Origin: Marsupella aquatica | Taxonomy: Eukaryota; Plantae; Marchantiophyta | Direction of reading: 5' to 3' | Length of the DNA stretch: 64,000 nucleotides | NCBI GenBank assembly: GCA_973895155.1 | Contig: OZ316892.1 | Coordinates: forward strand, 10,334,283 to 10,398,282 | Shown: piece after piece, positions 22,865 through 36,500 of the stretch | Position numbering within the stretch: the stretch's first letter is position 1 | How the letters are laid out: each line of letters starts with the position of its first letter | Made by a program: the position numbers and the translations under genes | The notes under the pieces: generated by a model | What the model saw: only the letters and a program-made list of their open reading frames with translations | What the model was told of the DNA's origin: nothing | Databases searched by the model: none

Positions 22865-25278
22865 TAGTGATGGACCAAACGAGAAGTGTGACCACGGTCG
22901 GGGGCAAACCATAAATAGGAGAGCCATGATCAAATCTTTCCGCTCATTTCTTCTTGCTCCCGCATCCTCTTGCTCCCTCAAGAATCCACACTCTCTATGC
23001 AAATTTGTATCCTCCCGAATCAAACTAGAATCTGAACAAGTGAGAATGATATATCTTTTTGGAAATAATGAGGACGAATCCCAAAAATCCAGTTTGGGTA
23101 TCATAAACGTGAAAAAATGAGGTTGGATGCGAAGTGGGATACGAGGTATCCCACTTTGCATTCAACCCCGTATCCCACTTCGCATCCAACCTCTGAATAT
23201 GAAGCATTTAGGTGTGAAATGCAAGAAATTCAAGGTTGAATGCAAAATATTTTGGATTCAACCGGTGAATCACATGCATTTTAGAATCAAAAGATAGAAA
23301 AATCAATGTTGAATGCAAAGTGGGATACCAAGTATCCCATTTGGTATTCCACCTCTGAATATCTCTCACGTTAAGTCTGAAAGGCAAAGGTTGAATGTGA
23401 AGTGGGATACTGGGTATCCCATTGAGTATCTCACAATAAACACACTGATGAACCAAATGAGGAGTGGGAATGCACAAGCCGTAAGTTCAGGAGTTGAATA
23501 TGAAATGGGATACCACGTATCCTACTTTGGATTCAATACAAGGATATGAGGCTTTTGGAATGCACAAGCCATAAATTGAGAAATTCAATCCAAAACTAGT
23601 GAATACCGGGTCATTCTTAACTTTGAACCCCTAAGCTTTCAATTGTTTTTTCAAAGTCAAATCCAAAGACCCTATCTAGCTGCCTGAGAATCTTGAAATG
23701 ATCCAAATTCATACTCAACATCTTCATCACTAGTTGTGACACAAATTGATATGAAAACGATGAAAGATTGACTAAGATATGATCAGATTAAGTTGTGGGG
23801 TGAAATTACAAAATTACAAAAACTTAAGTTTGTACCCTCTCATGCTTTGGAAGCCATATCTTTATCGGTATTTATCCAAATTCCTTATAATTGATACCGT
23901 TAGAAAGAAGAGCTTGAGACTCTTTAGCCGCTTTACTTGGCGCTACAAAAATAGAAAAAGGAAAAATTTAAGATCAAGCAAAATCTCTCAAAAAAATCAG
24001 ATTGCATTTCTAAAAAGATCACAAATGATCAAAACTTCAAGAGGAATACCAAGTGGGATACCAAGTATCCCATGTAGTATTCAAACATGTTATTTCACAA
24101 ATCTAGAAAGGAAAAAGTCATAAAACCTTGTATAAATACATTTGGTATAAGGACATGTTGTTTTATCCCATTTGGTATAAGAACATGTTATTTTACAAAT
24201 CAAAAACTTTACAAAGAGTGATAAAAATTTTACAAAGACCAAATGAGATCCAATTTGGTATTCAAATGTGAAAATGGATGAGTGACTTATGACCGAGGGC
24301 CAATCCGGGACTTTGAATCTGAGGTGGGATCCACAAACCCACTTGGTATTTGCCTCCATTTTTAGGTAGGTCTGTTGATTGGTTCTACATATTTTGAAAG
24401 AGTAAAAAAATGGATATGATTGGGGTTGTGCTGAGCAAGGAAAAATCCAAAATTATTTTGGGGTTGAATCGACAAATGGGACTCATGGATCCGTGTCGGT
24501 ATGGATCCGTGTCGGTATTCAAACCTCAATATTGAGGTGCGAGGTGTGGCAAGGGGAAATTTTGGCGGGTGAATACCAAATGGGATCCATGGATCCGTGT
24601 TGGTATTCAAACCTCAATATCAAGGTGCAAGGTGTATTTCCAGGCGCACGGCACAGCGATCGAGTATTTGGAGGTTAAATACCAGATTGGATACTTGGAT
24701 CTAACTTTGTATTCAAATTGCGTTCCGACCCCAAAATGCGCTTGGGTTAACTTAACTGACTCTGAGGATCAACCATGGTTTGGAGGAAATGTTTTGTGGT
24801 AGGTGTTTTTACGTTTAGTAAATATTCAAATCCAATTTACCCTTTCTGGTAAATGTGTCCACCAAACAGTTGACTTAGCATGTTTTCGATTGATTTTCTT
24901 TGAATGAATGCGAAGTGGGATACGCGGTATCCCATTTTGTTTTGCACTACTGGATTGACGATCGGCATTTTTTGTTTTTGATGTGTTTTGAGACGCCTTG
25001 ATTGAGCTTTTAGAGAGAGGACTTGGAAATCATTGTTTTAGGCGTTTCGGAGTTTTCCCTCATTTTAGAGATGAAGTGTTAGGAAGTTATAAATTATAGA
25101 GATTTGCCAGTTTTGGTTAGAAAGTATCTCGAGTTTGAATCTGATGTTGGATCCAATTTCGGATTCTTACTAGAATTTATGTTTTTTAGATAAATTTATG
25201 AGATTTTTCTCCATTTTTGGCGAAATCCAAAACACACTTCTCATTGGGTGGTCACACTTCCCATTTGGTCCGTCACTG
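22865..25278. mobile_element. Non-autonomous TIR DNA transposon (2.4 kb) with an internal palindrome array
   Basis: 31-bp TIRs at 22865-22895 and 25248-25278 match at 27/31 positions, all differences transitions. Ends are (C/T)AGTG...CACTG with CA on both flanks. No transposase ORF. Confidence 0.8.
23120..25170. repeat. Dispersed array of ~45-bp palindromes (core GTGGGATAC-NNN-GTATCCCA)
   Basis: Clear copies at ~23134, 23320, 23402, 23505, 24053 and 24915. GGATCC-type variants at ~24241, 24323, 24475, 24578, 24683 and 25145. Arms are GGTTGAAT...ATTCAACC. Confidence 0.85.
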
Positions 25279-25689
25279 CATGTGTTATCGATCATCCTTA
25301 GCTGACGGCTGCTTCCAGATTGGCGGTTGGAAAAGCAACAACTTTTGGTGCTACTTCCTTCACGGAAACGCGAGCTTTCGCACCATAGACGTCAGATGTC
25401 AAAACCACAACATTCGCGGTCTCTTTCGTTCATAGAACAGAGCGCATGTGCAAGTGCCGGCTTGCAGCAAACAACCCCGATGCAATCTTGCAACTTTGAG
25501 AGTCAAGTTCCTTCAAAAAATAGCCAGTCAACACATTGCAGGTTGCAGAGCATATGGCGAGAGCAAATCTGCAACCCACAGTCACCAAGCTAACAGTTTC
25601 TTCTCAGCCGTGGCTCACAGAACTCCCGATCTGTCCTCTAATGATTCGATCAGATGGTAGCACAGATCAGACACAAACTTCTCAACACC

Positions 25690-26157
25690 AACTATAGCAA
25701 ATTGAAATACCGGCAATCCACTCCACGATCCAAGGTACCACGGATCAAAACAACAGCTCCAATTGATTCGATCTACCACAAATCGTCAACGACAAACTCA
25801 GACTGAGCTTATGTACGCACAACAAAGTTTGAAGCTCTTGATCTTTCAATGTAATCGGAACAACAATCGGAACAACGATCGACGCCAACAATACATACTC
25901 AATCCCATCCGATCCGATCACACACATATGTCAAGCCAACGCACCTTGCACTCAAGGAATCCACGCTACATAGAGAGAGCTCTCAGCCACCATAGCCACC
26001 ACACAAGCTCTCCTCTCCAAGGCTTAACATTGAAAGATAACCTTTCAATGCCTCACAAGAGAGAACTACCCTCTCACACAAACCTAACGGAACCTTATCG
26101 GCTTATATAGCACACATACCAAATATACAGATCTAGATAGTATGATACACTCTAACA
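25690..26157 (-). mobile_element. Possible LTR remnant
   Basis: Minus strand begins TGTTAGAG, has a CTATATAAG TATA-like box (~26102-26110) and a TGGTG just beyond its end. No second copy is present to confirm it. Confidence 0.3.
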
Positions 26158-26425
26158 CTACCTAGAATGGTGTGACACAAAGCTTCAAATTCCTGGAAAT
26201 TTTCACAAAGCTTCAAATTAGATGGTCCTTTTTTCTTTTCTTTTTTAAGGGGAAATTTGTGAAACCCACACAAAGGGAAGAGTCAACCACAATAGTTGAA
26301 CCCGGCCAAGACCTATCAGTCTCTACTCAAGTGAGCTACCACAAAGTCATGCCTCTCTAGGTGCGCTAGATGGACCTTAACTTAGTAGTTAAGGTTACTG
26401 AAAGAGAACAGTATGGATTACCAAG

Positions 26426-26511
26426 TTCATAGTCAATGACTTTTGCCATAAAGATTGGTCATATGTTGGTTCATAGTCAATGACTTTTTGCCATGAAGAT
26501 TGGTCATATGC
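26426..26511. repeat. ~43-bp tandem duplication
   Basis: GTTCATAGTCAATGACTTTT(T)GCCATRAAGATTGGTCATATG occurs twice. Confidence 0.8.
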
Positions 26512-27199
26512 CATGACCAGAAGTCACTATAGAAGCTAGTGAATAAAAAACAATCTACTTAACCTTGTGAGAAAGTTATGGCCATTTGCTTAAGGCCAAA
26601 ACCATCATCTGTAACTTTGAAGCTTCGAGACCCCATAATATGGAAACCTTCATCATCATATGAATCTACTCAATCTAACTACATAATTGTAAACCTGCTA
26701 TTCAGGGCTTACAATCTAGAGTGAAGCCTGGACACCAACTCTATGGGCATAATTGAAGCCTTGGTAAGGACTCTAGGGGCATAATTGGAGTTCAGGGTGC
26801 GAGTTCAAAGGGGGGATTGGGGGTAGGTAAGTCTATGAAAATGGCATAGGGTGTGAGGAGTTATTGGAATCCAATTGAATGTGAATTGGTTTAAGGCAAT
26901 GAGCTTGAATGTACTCACCTCTATTTAGGTTACAAGAAGGTGAAGTCAGGCTAGTGAACCAAACCTTGTGTAGGAAGAACTTCAAATAAAAGACATGACC
27001 TCCTGGCAAAAGCCAAGATGAAACATCTGCCTTCAAGGGTCTGTTCGAGAAATTTTTTATAATACGAGACTAAATAAAATGCATCTTGTTAGATGATAAA
27101 CCGTATAAAGGAAAATCCTTAGACATAAAATCAAGGTGGCATATTAAAGAACTTGGGGTCAGTCACTTGCTTTAATTTGGAGAGTTAACCGATGCAATC

Positions 27200-30100
27200 A
27201 GAAAGGACATCTTGCGCAGGACTGCAAGGTTGGTGAAGAGCCAGGCAAGAAGGAGGTGGAGCACAAGACACAGAGTACTGCGGATAATCATGGATTGGAC
27301 ACCAGTGGTGCTGGTACTGCTTCCGGCCCCAACAGCCGCGCTCCTCAGGCAGCGATGGTTTCACCTGCGGATCTCGAACTTGGAACTGCTTGGCGTGGAA
27401 CGTTCACCACGGTGGCTGCTAATACGGGACGTTTTATGTTCCCGCTGCATGAGGGCGTGGAGCAGACTGACAGACGTGCAATGGCTTCGCCGCCAAAGTC
27501 ACATAGACCAGTGGCTGAACAACACTTGCAGGGAGCCAATATTAGACCACACTCTACGCACCCACCGTCGCCCAGAACGGCCGCTTTGACGGATGCTGAG
27601 AGGGATGCCAGAACGTCCCCCGTCTTGAGACCGCTTCCTATTAGTCGCTCTGCAGTTGCTAACATGAGGCTAGTGTCGTCTAACGCCGGGCTACCACTGA
27701 TCACGGAACCACCCGCTGGAAAAGACACTCCATCAATTCATCTAAACCATGAGAGCTGGCCAGCTTTGGGGAAGGAGGCCGACTTGACCATGGCTACTGC
27801 TGCGGATCAAGCGCCTCTCAATACGGCATCCCGACGTTTCACACCTGTGTCTCACCGGGACACTCCAGATACAATGAGACCTATGGGGAAGAGGAACCTG
27901 AGGACGCTTACACTATTGATGGCGAGAATGATATCGTATCCTTTCCTGGTGGATCAGACATTGAAATGTCTGACTATGAAGCATACATTTCAAAGAGTCA
28001 ACTTAAGGAGAGGGCCCGCAAATTGGAACTCAGGACACCACCATCGGATCTGAAAAGGAGGGAAAAGAAACAAGAGCACAAAAAAGGTCGCGCGCTCCAA
28101 TTTCTTGGTGAGGCCTCCGCCGCCCCCTCTCCGTCCATTGATAGAGCATTGATACAAGAAAACTTTGGGCAGGCATTGGTTTCATTCTCTAGTGGCAACG
28201 CGGGAGAGGGGAGCAAAAGACAGACATACTTAATGGAGTCTCCAGCCCTTTTTTGCAGTAAGGTAATGAGGAGTCCTAGATGGATCGGGAAAGCAGGAAC
28301 TTGGATGGGATGGGTTCGCTGCTGACCATTGCGTCTTGGAACGTGTGTGGAATCTGTGAAACTAACAAAAAGCATGTTGTCAAGAACTGGATCGCATCGT
28401 TGCGCATGCCTCTATTAGCTCTTGGCTTACAAGAAGTCAAGGCTGATAAGTTTAGATTAGATATAGCTCTGAAAACCATTCTACCATCCTACAAGCACTT
28501 AGCATCGGTGCCTGATGAGGGCCGGGGGGCTCGGCTTTGCTATTACACCCTTCGCTTCAATTGATTGACCACGGGAGTGTAGATAAAGGGAGAGATGTCT
28601 GGGCAAGAGTGGAACATCTGGAAGGACGCTTTGGCATTGTGAGCATATACGCGCCTAACATACCCAAGGAGCGGGCCCTACTTTGGAACGAACTCAAGTC
28701 TTCACTGCCTCAAGAAAATTGGATAGCCTGCAGAGATTTCAACATGACGGAGGGCCAGCGTGACTCCTCCGGTCCTTCTCCCCTTATACATGGTCGTGAA
28801 GTAGAATACTAGCAATTTTTAAAAACTTGATTCAACTTGCGGACGCTTTTTCTTTGGCCTCCACTACTCAGGGATCTAGATTTACCTGGAGAAGGACTAT
28901 CAACGGCAAATTGGTTCAATTGTGGCTTGATAGATTTTACTTTAGCGGCCAAAGCTGGTGGTCTAGTGAGGTGGATAAGCTAATTCACGACGGGGGCTCA
29001 GCGCTGTCTGATCATGACCCAATACTACTACAATTCAGACTCGCCCTACAAGGAAGCAATAATAATAGCAAAAAAGTAACATACTTCAAAGCAAACTCAG
29101 GTCTACTGAAGGAGGCAAATTTTGTGGAGGAACTCAAGAACGCGTGGAGAGGAGAGAGGATACAGGATAACCCGCATTTGCACTTCCATCTAGCCATCAC
29201 GCGACTCAGGAAGAGATTTTTGGAAATACAGGGTTCTACTGCATCGCAAGAAGCCTCAACACGGGGCCTCAGAGAAAAACTTTGGGCCCTTGAATTAGCA
29301 ATGATAAATGACTACTCAGACGTGGATCTCTGGGATTACGCCAAGGCAAAGGAAGAAATGAGAACTGCGGAACACAATGAGGCATAGCATGGTCGACGGC
29401 TCTCAAGACTTAGGTGGCTCGGACAGGGTGATGAGCCATAAAAATTCTATTTTGACAGCATCAAAGCCAAACGGAGTCAAGAAAATATGGCCTCACTGCT
29501 TCTAGAGAATGGCACAGTCATCACACAGGAAAACAGGATCCTTGAAGAGGTAGAACATCAATTTATTGATCTCTATGAAGCTGATGAAGAGGTGGCTAGT
29601 AGCGAATCCACAGCGGTGAGGGAAGCAAGACGCATCCTCTTCAGAAATACAAGCAAGGCTCTGTCGGCGGCCAAGATTCGCAGGCTTGAAAAGCTCCGAC
29701 TTTAGATGAAATCCGTGCCACATTATGGTTGCTTCCTCTAGATAAAGCACCAGGCCCAGATGGACTGACGGCAGAGGTCTTTCGCTCATGCTGGGATTTT
29801 ATCAAAGAGGACTTGATGCACATGATTCTGGCCTTCTGGCGGACCGGGGTCCTGGCACTGCAAATCAAAAGAAGGCATTATTAAGCTCATCCCAAAGAAG
29901 CCAGACAAACGCAGACTGAAAGACTGGAGGCCGTTCACAATGCTCAATACAGTATACAAACTAATCGCACAGATTTTAGCCCTTCTCGACTCAAACCTCT
30001 TCTGCAAAAGCTTATTAGTCCGCAACAAATGGGCTTTATACCCGGCCGGCATATACTTGAAAACATCTCCATTGCATGGCTGACGGTGGACTGGGTAACC

Positions 30101-32590
30101 AAGCAGAAACAGGAGTCACTATTCCTACAACTGGACTTCGAGAAAGCTTTCGACTGGGTTTCTCACTCTTATATTTGGGAGACTCTCCTTCTTCTAGGTC
30201 TAGGCCCGCACTTTATTAGCTTGGTTCGATCACTCATTAGCGGCGCCAACTCTCAAGTGCATATCAATGGCCTCTTCTCTAAGGATATTAAGATGAGGAG
30301 AGGAGTTTGTCAAGGTTGCCCTTTATCTCCACTACTCTTTGTTCTTGTGACTCAGCCATTGATGGATCACCTGGACTCTGAAATTGCGACTGGGATATTC
30401 AAGGGGGTAAAGATCTCTGATTTCCTCATGATCTGCTACAAGCTTTTTGCAGACGACATGGGCATGTTCATACCGGCTAATGAAGAGGACTTCAATGGGG
30501 CCAAAGGGGCGCTTGCTTGCTATGAATTGGCCTTTGGAGCAAAGCTGAATCTTCTTAAGTCTACCATCATCCCTTTGGCTATGGAGAGCATACCAGAGTG
30601 GCTCAGCAAAACGGGCTGCAAGATCAGCAACCGCGGCGAGGTTCAAAGGTACCTTGGTGCCCCGATGGGATGGGGGCTGAATTCAACACAACTACACACC
30701 TTCTGCTCAGACAAAATTGGCACCCGACTCTCAACTTGGGCCAATAGGTTTCTCTCGATCACTGGACGTACAATTCTTGTCAAACACGTTCTTCAGGCAA
30801 TCCCTATATACAACATGATGTTCCTGCATTCTTCGAACAACTTGGGCACTAAGTTAGTAGCACTCTGCAGGGACTTTCTTTGGGGATTTAATGCTGACGG
30901 TGGCAGGAAGGTGCCTCTTGTTGCTTGGAAAACGCTCTCCCGGCCAAAGATCGATGGAGGTATTGGCCTAAAAGATTTCAGGTCTCACTCGGATGCCTTA
31001 CTTTGCCAATGGTTCAACAGGGCTCTTGATCAACCATCCTCTGAATGGGCTTGGCTGTTTGCAGCTAACCTCTGTTTGGCAAAATGGCGCAACACCAGGT
31101 CCATCAGGCGAAACAAATACACTTTCACAGATCGGCTCTTACTCTGTTACCCGCGGTCATTCAGTGGCCTGAGCTACACTGGAAGTTTTTGGCAATCATG
31201 GGAGACTTTACGTACACATCTTATTTTTTCTCCTGCGGACACTGCGGTGGCAAAGTGGTGGCGGGTGGAAGATGTGATTTGCTGCATGGAAGGCTTGCAA
31301 GACCTAGGGGAAGATACCATCTGAGCTATTAACAGGACTTGTGGCAAGATCGGGATCCAAGATATTGCGGATTTGAAAGAGCCCTCTCCAAGCACCACCG
31401 CTCTCTATTCTAGTAAATTAGCTAGGATGAGAGGCCTGGATGACAGGACTAAAGAATTGAGCTTGGGATTCTTGAGCAGAATCACCCGATTTACAGATCA
31501 AATGCGGTCTGGGCACATTTTTGCAGGGCAGTGGCTGTGGTCCGACAAACCTGAACGACTGAGGAGATTCACTTTACCTAACATGCGTATGTACCAGCTG
31601 CTCCGCCCAAAAGGATCTGACTACTGACGGCTCAATTGGATCTGGCATACAACTCTCTCGGAGCTGGACTGGAGTTGCTTTGGCTGTCACTCTGGACTTT
31701 GGATCTACCTCTGAAATCCCGCACCTTTGTCTGGAGAGTACTTGCTCAAGGACTTTTTACAGGCACTTGGGCCCTTAGAATTGGAAAGAGCAATGGTATG
31801 TGTCAAATCTGCCCTACTGAACTAAAGTCCATCCCCCACCTCTTTTTGAGTGTCAATTTGCTCGTAAATGCTGGAGTTTGGCGTTCCAATCTTTCCCTGG
31901 CTGTATCCTTTGGCCTCTAGCAGACATTATAGTGCTGCTCGACTCTTTCAAAGGACCCCGTTACATGAACACTATCGTGGCTTTCACTGTGTATCAGGTC
32001 CTGTGGGCACTTTGGAATGCCAGAAATGAGCAGCTTTTCAACCCCCTCAAACGACGGTCCTTCAACTTAAATCTAGTCCTATCTGAAATGGCTGACAACA
32101 TTCATGGGATGTGTGATACTTTTGGCCCTGGCCGCAAGCACTCGCGGCTCCTCCTTGCCAAGGATGCGACGACCACTGAGAGAAGGAGGTGGCTAGGTAG
32201 GAAGGATGCATTTGTGATATGGTGAAGCGAACTGACTTATTGGGCTCTTTTAGGCTTTGAAGTGAGCTTTGGCTCTTTAGACCTGCTTAGCTTATTTTAC
32301 TACTGTTTTCGCTTTTAACTGAGCACCTCTAGAGGGTGGCTCTTTAGTTGTTTGCAGCTTTTCACTGCGGACCGGTCTGTGGTCCGGGGACTTACCTGGC
32401 TTCTCGAAGTCTGACAGTCCCGCCTTAGGTTTGGTCACTCTTAAAAATTACATGTGCCATGTGCCTCTTGCCTCTGCTCACTGGGACTTTGGCCCTGGTT
32501 GCTTGGCATTTTTGGTTGTTGGTTTGGCTGCTTTGGCCCCCCTTCCCGTGGGTTTTTGCGGGTTTTTCTTGAAAAGGACCAAAAAAGTTC
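27200..32590 (+). mobile_element. Decayed L1-clade LINE (ORF1 remnant plus ORF2 with APE endonuclease, RT and zf-RVT)
   Basis: Endonuclease: IASWNVCG, LGLQEVK, SIYAPN, DFNM, FTW, LDRFY, SDHDPI. RT: PGPDG, WRP, GFIPGRHILENI, LDFEKAFD, QGCPLSPLLF, LFADD, YLGAP. zf-RVT: FVWR...CQIC...SIPHLF. Many stops and frameshifts; the outer boundaries are approximate. Confidence 0.92.
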
Positions 32591-32971
32591 AAATAATTTT
32601 TTTTTTGGAGAGTTAACTGAGGTGAAATAGTCCCAGTTGGCTCTAATGCACCTAAGCCCATTGTGATATGACGTCTAGTGATCTTACATAATTTCAAAAG
32701 GTCCAAGGAAAATGCTAGGGGGTGGCCATTTTTGTCAGGACTGTTGACCAATTCCAAATTTATGACAAATATGGTCAATACTCAATTGAAGATTTATATT
32801 TCCATTAACATAAAGCATTTGGGTAGAGCACTACATGCCTTCACCAATCTACACGCCTCCCTCCCTAAGGTCTAAGGGCCCCCTTGGGACCTTATACTGC
32901 TCTCCGACTACATGCCCATGGGTCCGAAGGAAACTTCTTTAGCTTTACGGGATTCAATATAATTTTCATTT

Positions 32972-33595
32972 CCCTGGGCCCCCACTCTTAGGTAAAACGG
33001 GTCGGACGTGAGAACAATTCAAGGGTCAATTTAATTCATATTGAAGTAATTTTTAGAATTGGCTTGTAACTAAGCAACCCACTCTTTTATACAAATGTCA
33101 CTTTCCAAATAAGGAAGGGCACTTGATATTCTGCTCCCATTTGTTTTTGGGAAGGGGGTATAAAATTATCTTCGTCACACGGCATCATCTTAGTGGTACA
33201 TGTGGCATCATCTAATAGGTACACATGTCTATGCCTTTTGGTATCCCGTTGTAAGTTGTGGGCGGGGTTGTGGGGTTTAGAGTAGGGTATGATGAGGGGT
33301 TTAGGGTGGGTTTTTTGAACTGCCCTATGAGGAAACACATGGGGAAAATCCCTGCCCATTGGATCCGAGGGAGGGAAGATCTTTGAACAAAGAAAATGTA
33401 ACTAATGAAGCCTATATAAAAATCCTCAAATCTGGACTTTATAATTATATCAAGGATATTAAGTACTGTCAAAATGTGTTTTTTTCTAAATAAGAAGGCA
33501 AGTTTTTATTGTTTCAAAAATAATAACAAGGGGTACTAGAGGGGGTTTCGTTCACAGGGGGGTAGAGATTTTTTACTGGGAGTGGGGGCCCAGGG
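32972..33595. mobile_element. MITE (624 bp) with 8-bp TSD
   Basis: TIR CCCTGGGCCCCCACTC / GAGTGGGGGCCCAGGG and perfect TSD TTTCATTT (32964-32971 and 33596-33603). Confidence 0.85.
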
Positions 33596-36500
33596 TTTCA
33601 TTTATGAACATTCAAGAAAACACCCTAAATGGGAATGGGTCAAACTCTTTGGAGTTGAAAGGGTGTTTTCTTGTGGCCTCTTGATTTAATCATTTTTGTC
33701 TTTACTGAGACCCCCAACCTGATTTTTCTGGTCTCGTGCGCCAGGGTGAATTGGGCGCTCATCTTGGTCTGGTGGAAAACTATGCAAAATAATGCCTGCC
33801 TCTGTCTAGAAAATCTTCCTAATTGATACTCCACCCATTCCAAATTCAAAGCCGACTTTGCCAATACGATCTGCCCCAATTTAGTTATCCTGCTTGATAG
33901 AATGGCTCACAACTAAAACTCATTTCTTTGCATTGTTATAGGCTCTCTATAAGTAGACCTTACATCAAGCTAAATGGCATCCACATCCAGCTATGAATAC
34001 AGTGCAATCATATACAAGACTTTAATTGACTTAACCATTAGGAGGATCTAAGGTAGAGTCTAACGCACCATCCTCTTATAGATAGATACTAAGGTTGGGT
34101 GGCAGGCATGTACTAGTTTGTTGAAACCTCTATGTAACCAAAGTCTTAATGGACACATTGCATTAAAAAGACTTGTGTATACTGTCGATATTGGCAATCT
34201 CAATTCTCCTTTGATCTAATAATAAACACAAAAGACTTAGTAACAGGGAATGGGCATCCATGCCATCTTTTGGAAATTCCAAGTTACCTAGAAATTGTCA
34301 TAAACTTTCAGAAAATCTAACAAATTGCAGAGGCAAAAAACCCCCAAAAAACACTAATAATGCCAGGCATGAGTATGCTGATAGCAGCAAAATCAGCAAA
34401 CACCAAATTAGCCGAGAAGCTTAGTCCAACAGATGTGTTGCAAATGGCATCAAACCATGCTCAAATTTCCCTAGAATTCTGCCTTTGCATAAACATATAC
34501 AAATTTGTCACTAATCACAAATATAGATGCTCAAGGTGTCAAGTTTTGGAGCCATAACTGACCAACCAGATCAAGATGTCACAAGTTCTTGAAAAGCCAT
34601 GTGTAAGACCTTAAGGGAGTATTATGCACAACTTAAAATTTTGAAACTATCTGAATCAAGACATCTCCGGTTGTCCAATATATATCATGTACTTTCCTCA
34701 CCCACAATTGTACATTGGGAACAATTTAAAGTAGGACACACAATCTATTCTTGGAATTTCTAATAATTTTTTGTGTGTGACATTTAAGAGAATCCACAAT
34801 TTGTCTGACAGCAAAACTCAGTTGCATATGGTGATTCTAATACCGTTTCCATTTTGCTCTAGAATTTAAGAACCAATTTTTGAAGACAAATTGCCTTTGG
34901 TTGCTTTCATAATCACAGCATATGTTGTGCATTAACAAGCTTTTGAAAAAAGCAGTCTCCATGCAATAGACACATCCTTCTGTTGCATCTGGCCCTGAAT
35001 CTAGCATGGATGATGACCTTCCAGAAAACTATTAACAAGACCATTGTAGAGGTCATACAAAGAAATGCGTGTTTTGCCTGGCGTTCACAGCAAATGGCTT
35101 ATCTCTTACAAGCTTAAATTGTGTTTCCAAATCGTGTTTGAGAAAGGTATCTGATGGACAAGAAACCCACATTGATGATGCTGCCATCCTCTACAGTAAA
35201 TCTCACTGTTTATTGACCAATTCGTTAATGAGGCAAAATCAGATCACTTGTGCATACTCTGGTGGGGATGCAAGTGACTTTGTTTAGTACTGGGAATGAA
35301 TTATTGGATGAGGCCTGCAAGATGCAAATACAAGAGTTCCTTGTAATGGTCTAGAAATATGCAGCAAATAATTTATTGAGAAACCTTCATTAGATTGTGC
35401 AAGAAGCTTCCAGCCATAACAAGTGAAGATAGAGCCACAACGCCTGCTGGGAACAATTTCTTTGTAACTTTGTATCGAATTCCCTTTAAGCCCAAGAGAA
35501 CAGCTGAAATTCCTGCATATTTCTATCACATGTTAGCTCCTTGGATTTAATTTTCTCCTATCCTTTCCTTTTCGAACTACCATCCGAACAACCAGTACTT
35601 GCAGAAAGTATTTTCTCTGTCTATTTGTGGTAGTTTAGGTAGACATTAAAACAATACTTTGCCAGAACAATCGTAAGCAAATGAACCATACAAAGAAATC
35701 AATCCAATCTTAAGTTGTGTAGACAAATAAACCCACTTTCATTCAGAATCTGTTTGGTGTCCTGCCTGACCCAAAACCCTTGAAAATCTTTGTTGGCAAC
35801 ACACTGTTAAGGGCAATGTCACCAAACAAAACTCACCTAGACCCACAGAGGATGCGTATGAAGGATTTGTCACAAGCTGTGGGTGTACCACATAATAAAG
35901 AGCCAAAGCCGAGCCTGCTCCAGTCACCAGAGAGTTTGTGTTGTTGCTTTTGGTGTGATCCAATACCCCGCAAGCTAATACACAACACATTGTGGACATA
36001 GATGAATGGATTGTTGACAACATAAAACACATATATATCTTTTCTCCAAATGTTGGCCTTATTACTTTAATGATAGGGTATGCTTCCTTTTGAGTACATA
36101 GTCAACAACGAAGAATGTTTCCCACTTTCTAAAAGGTGAATAGCGTTTGAATTATTCTTAGTTGTCAGTTAGTGCATAATAGATGAGTTGTAATGTTCTT
36201 GTTCTACCTCCAACAAGAGCTGCATAGGTGATCGTGAGCTTTTGGAGATGAGAGGTAGACATTGTCATGGTTGTCATTGCCATGAGGTCCGCCTCTAAGA
36301 AGTTCCTCCTCTTCTTTGCTTCTAGGCTCCTCTAGTTTACAATATTTTATATTTCATCCTTGCCAAGCTCTGTAGAGCTAAGGCAATTGTACATTAAAAA
36401 ACCTGCAATATATACTTGGAGATCTTCTCAGAATTGAGAACAATGAACTGTAAAAAGCATTGAATCAATTTCCCAAGTTAGTAAATACTGCTTCCCTCAG

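Noticed and set aside
23120-25170. Palindrome array as a CRISPR array or as parS sites for the nearby ParB-like gene
   Set aside because: Repeats are degenerate and irregularly spaced, no cas genes are present, and the context is eukaryotic. The array lies wholly inside its own TIR element, separate from the ParB-like ORF, so no link is supported.
22865-25278. CACTA superfamily assignment
   Set aside because: The termini read (C/T)AGTG...CACTG, the reverse of the CACTA...TAGTG arrangement, and there is no 3-bp TSD.
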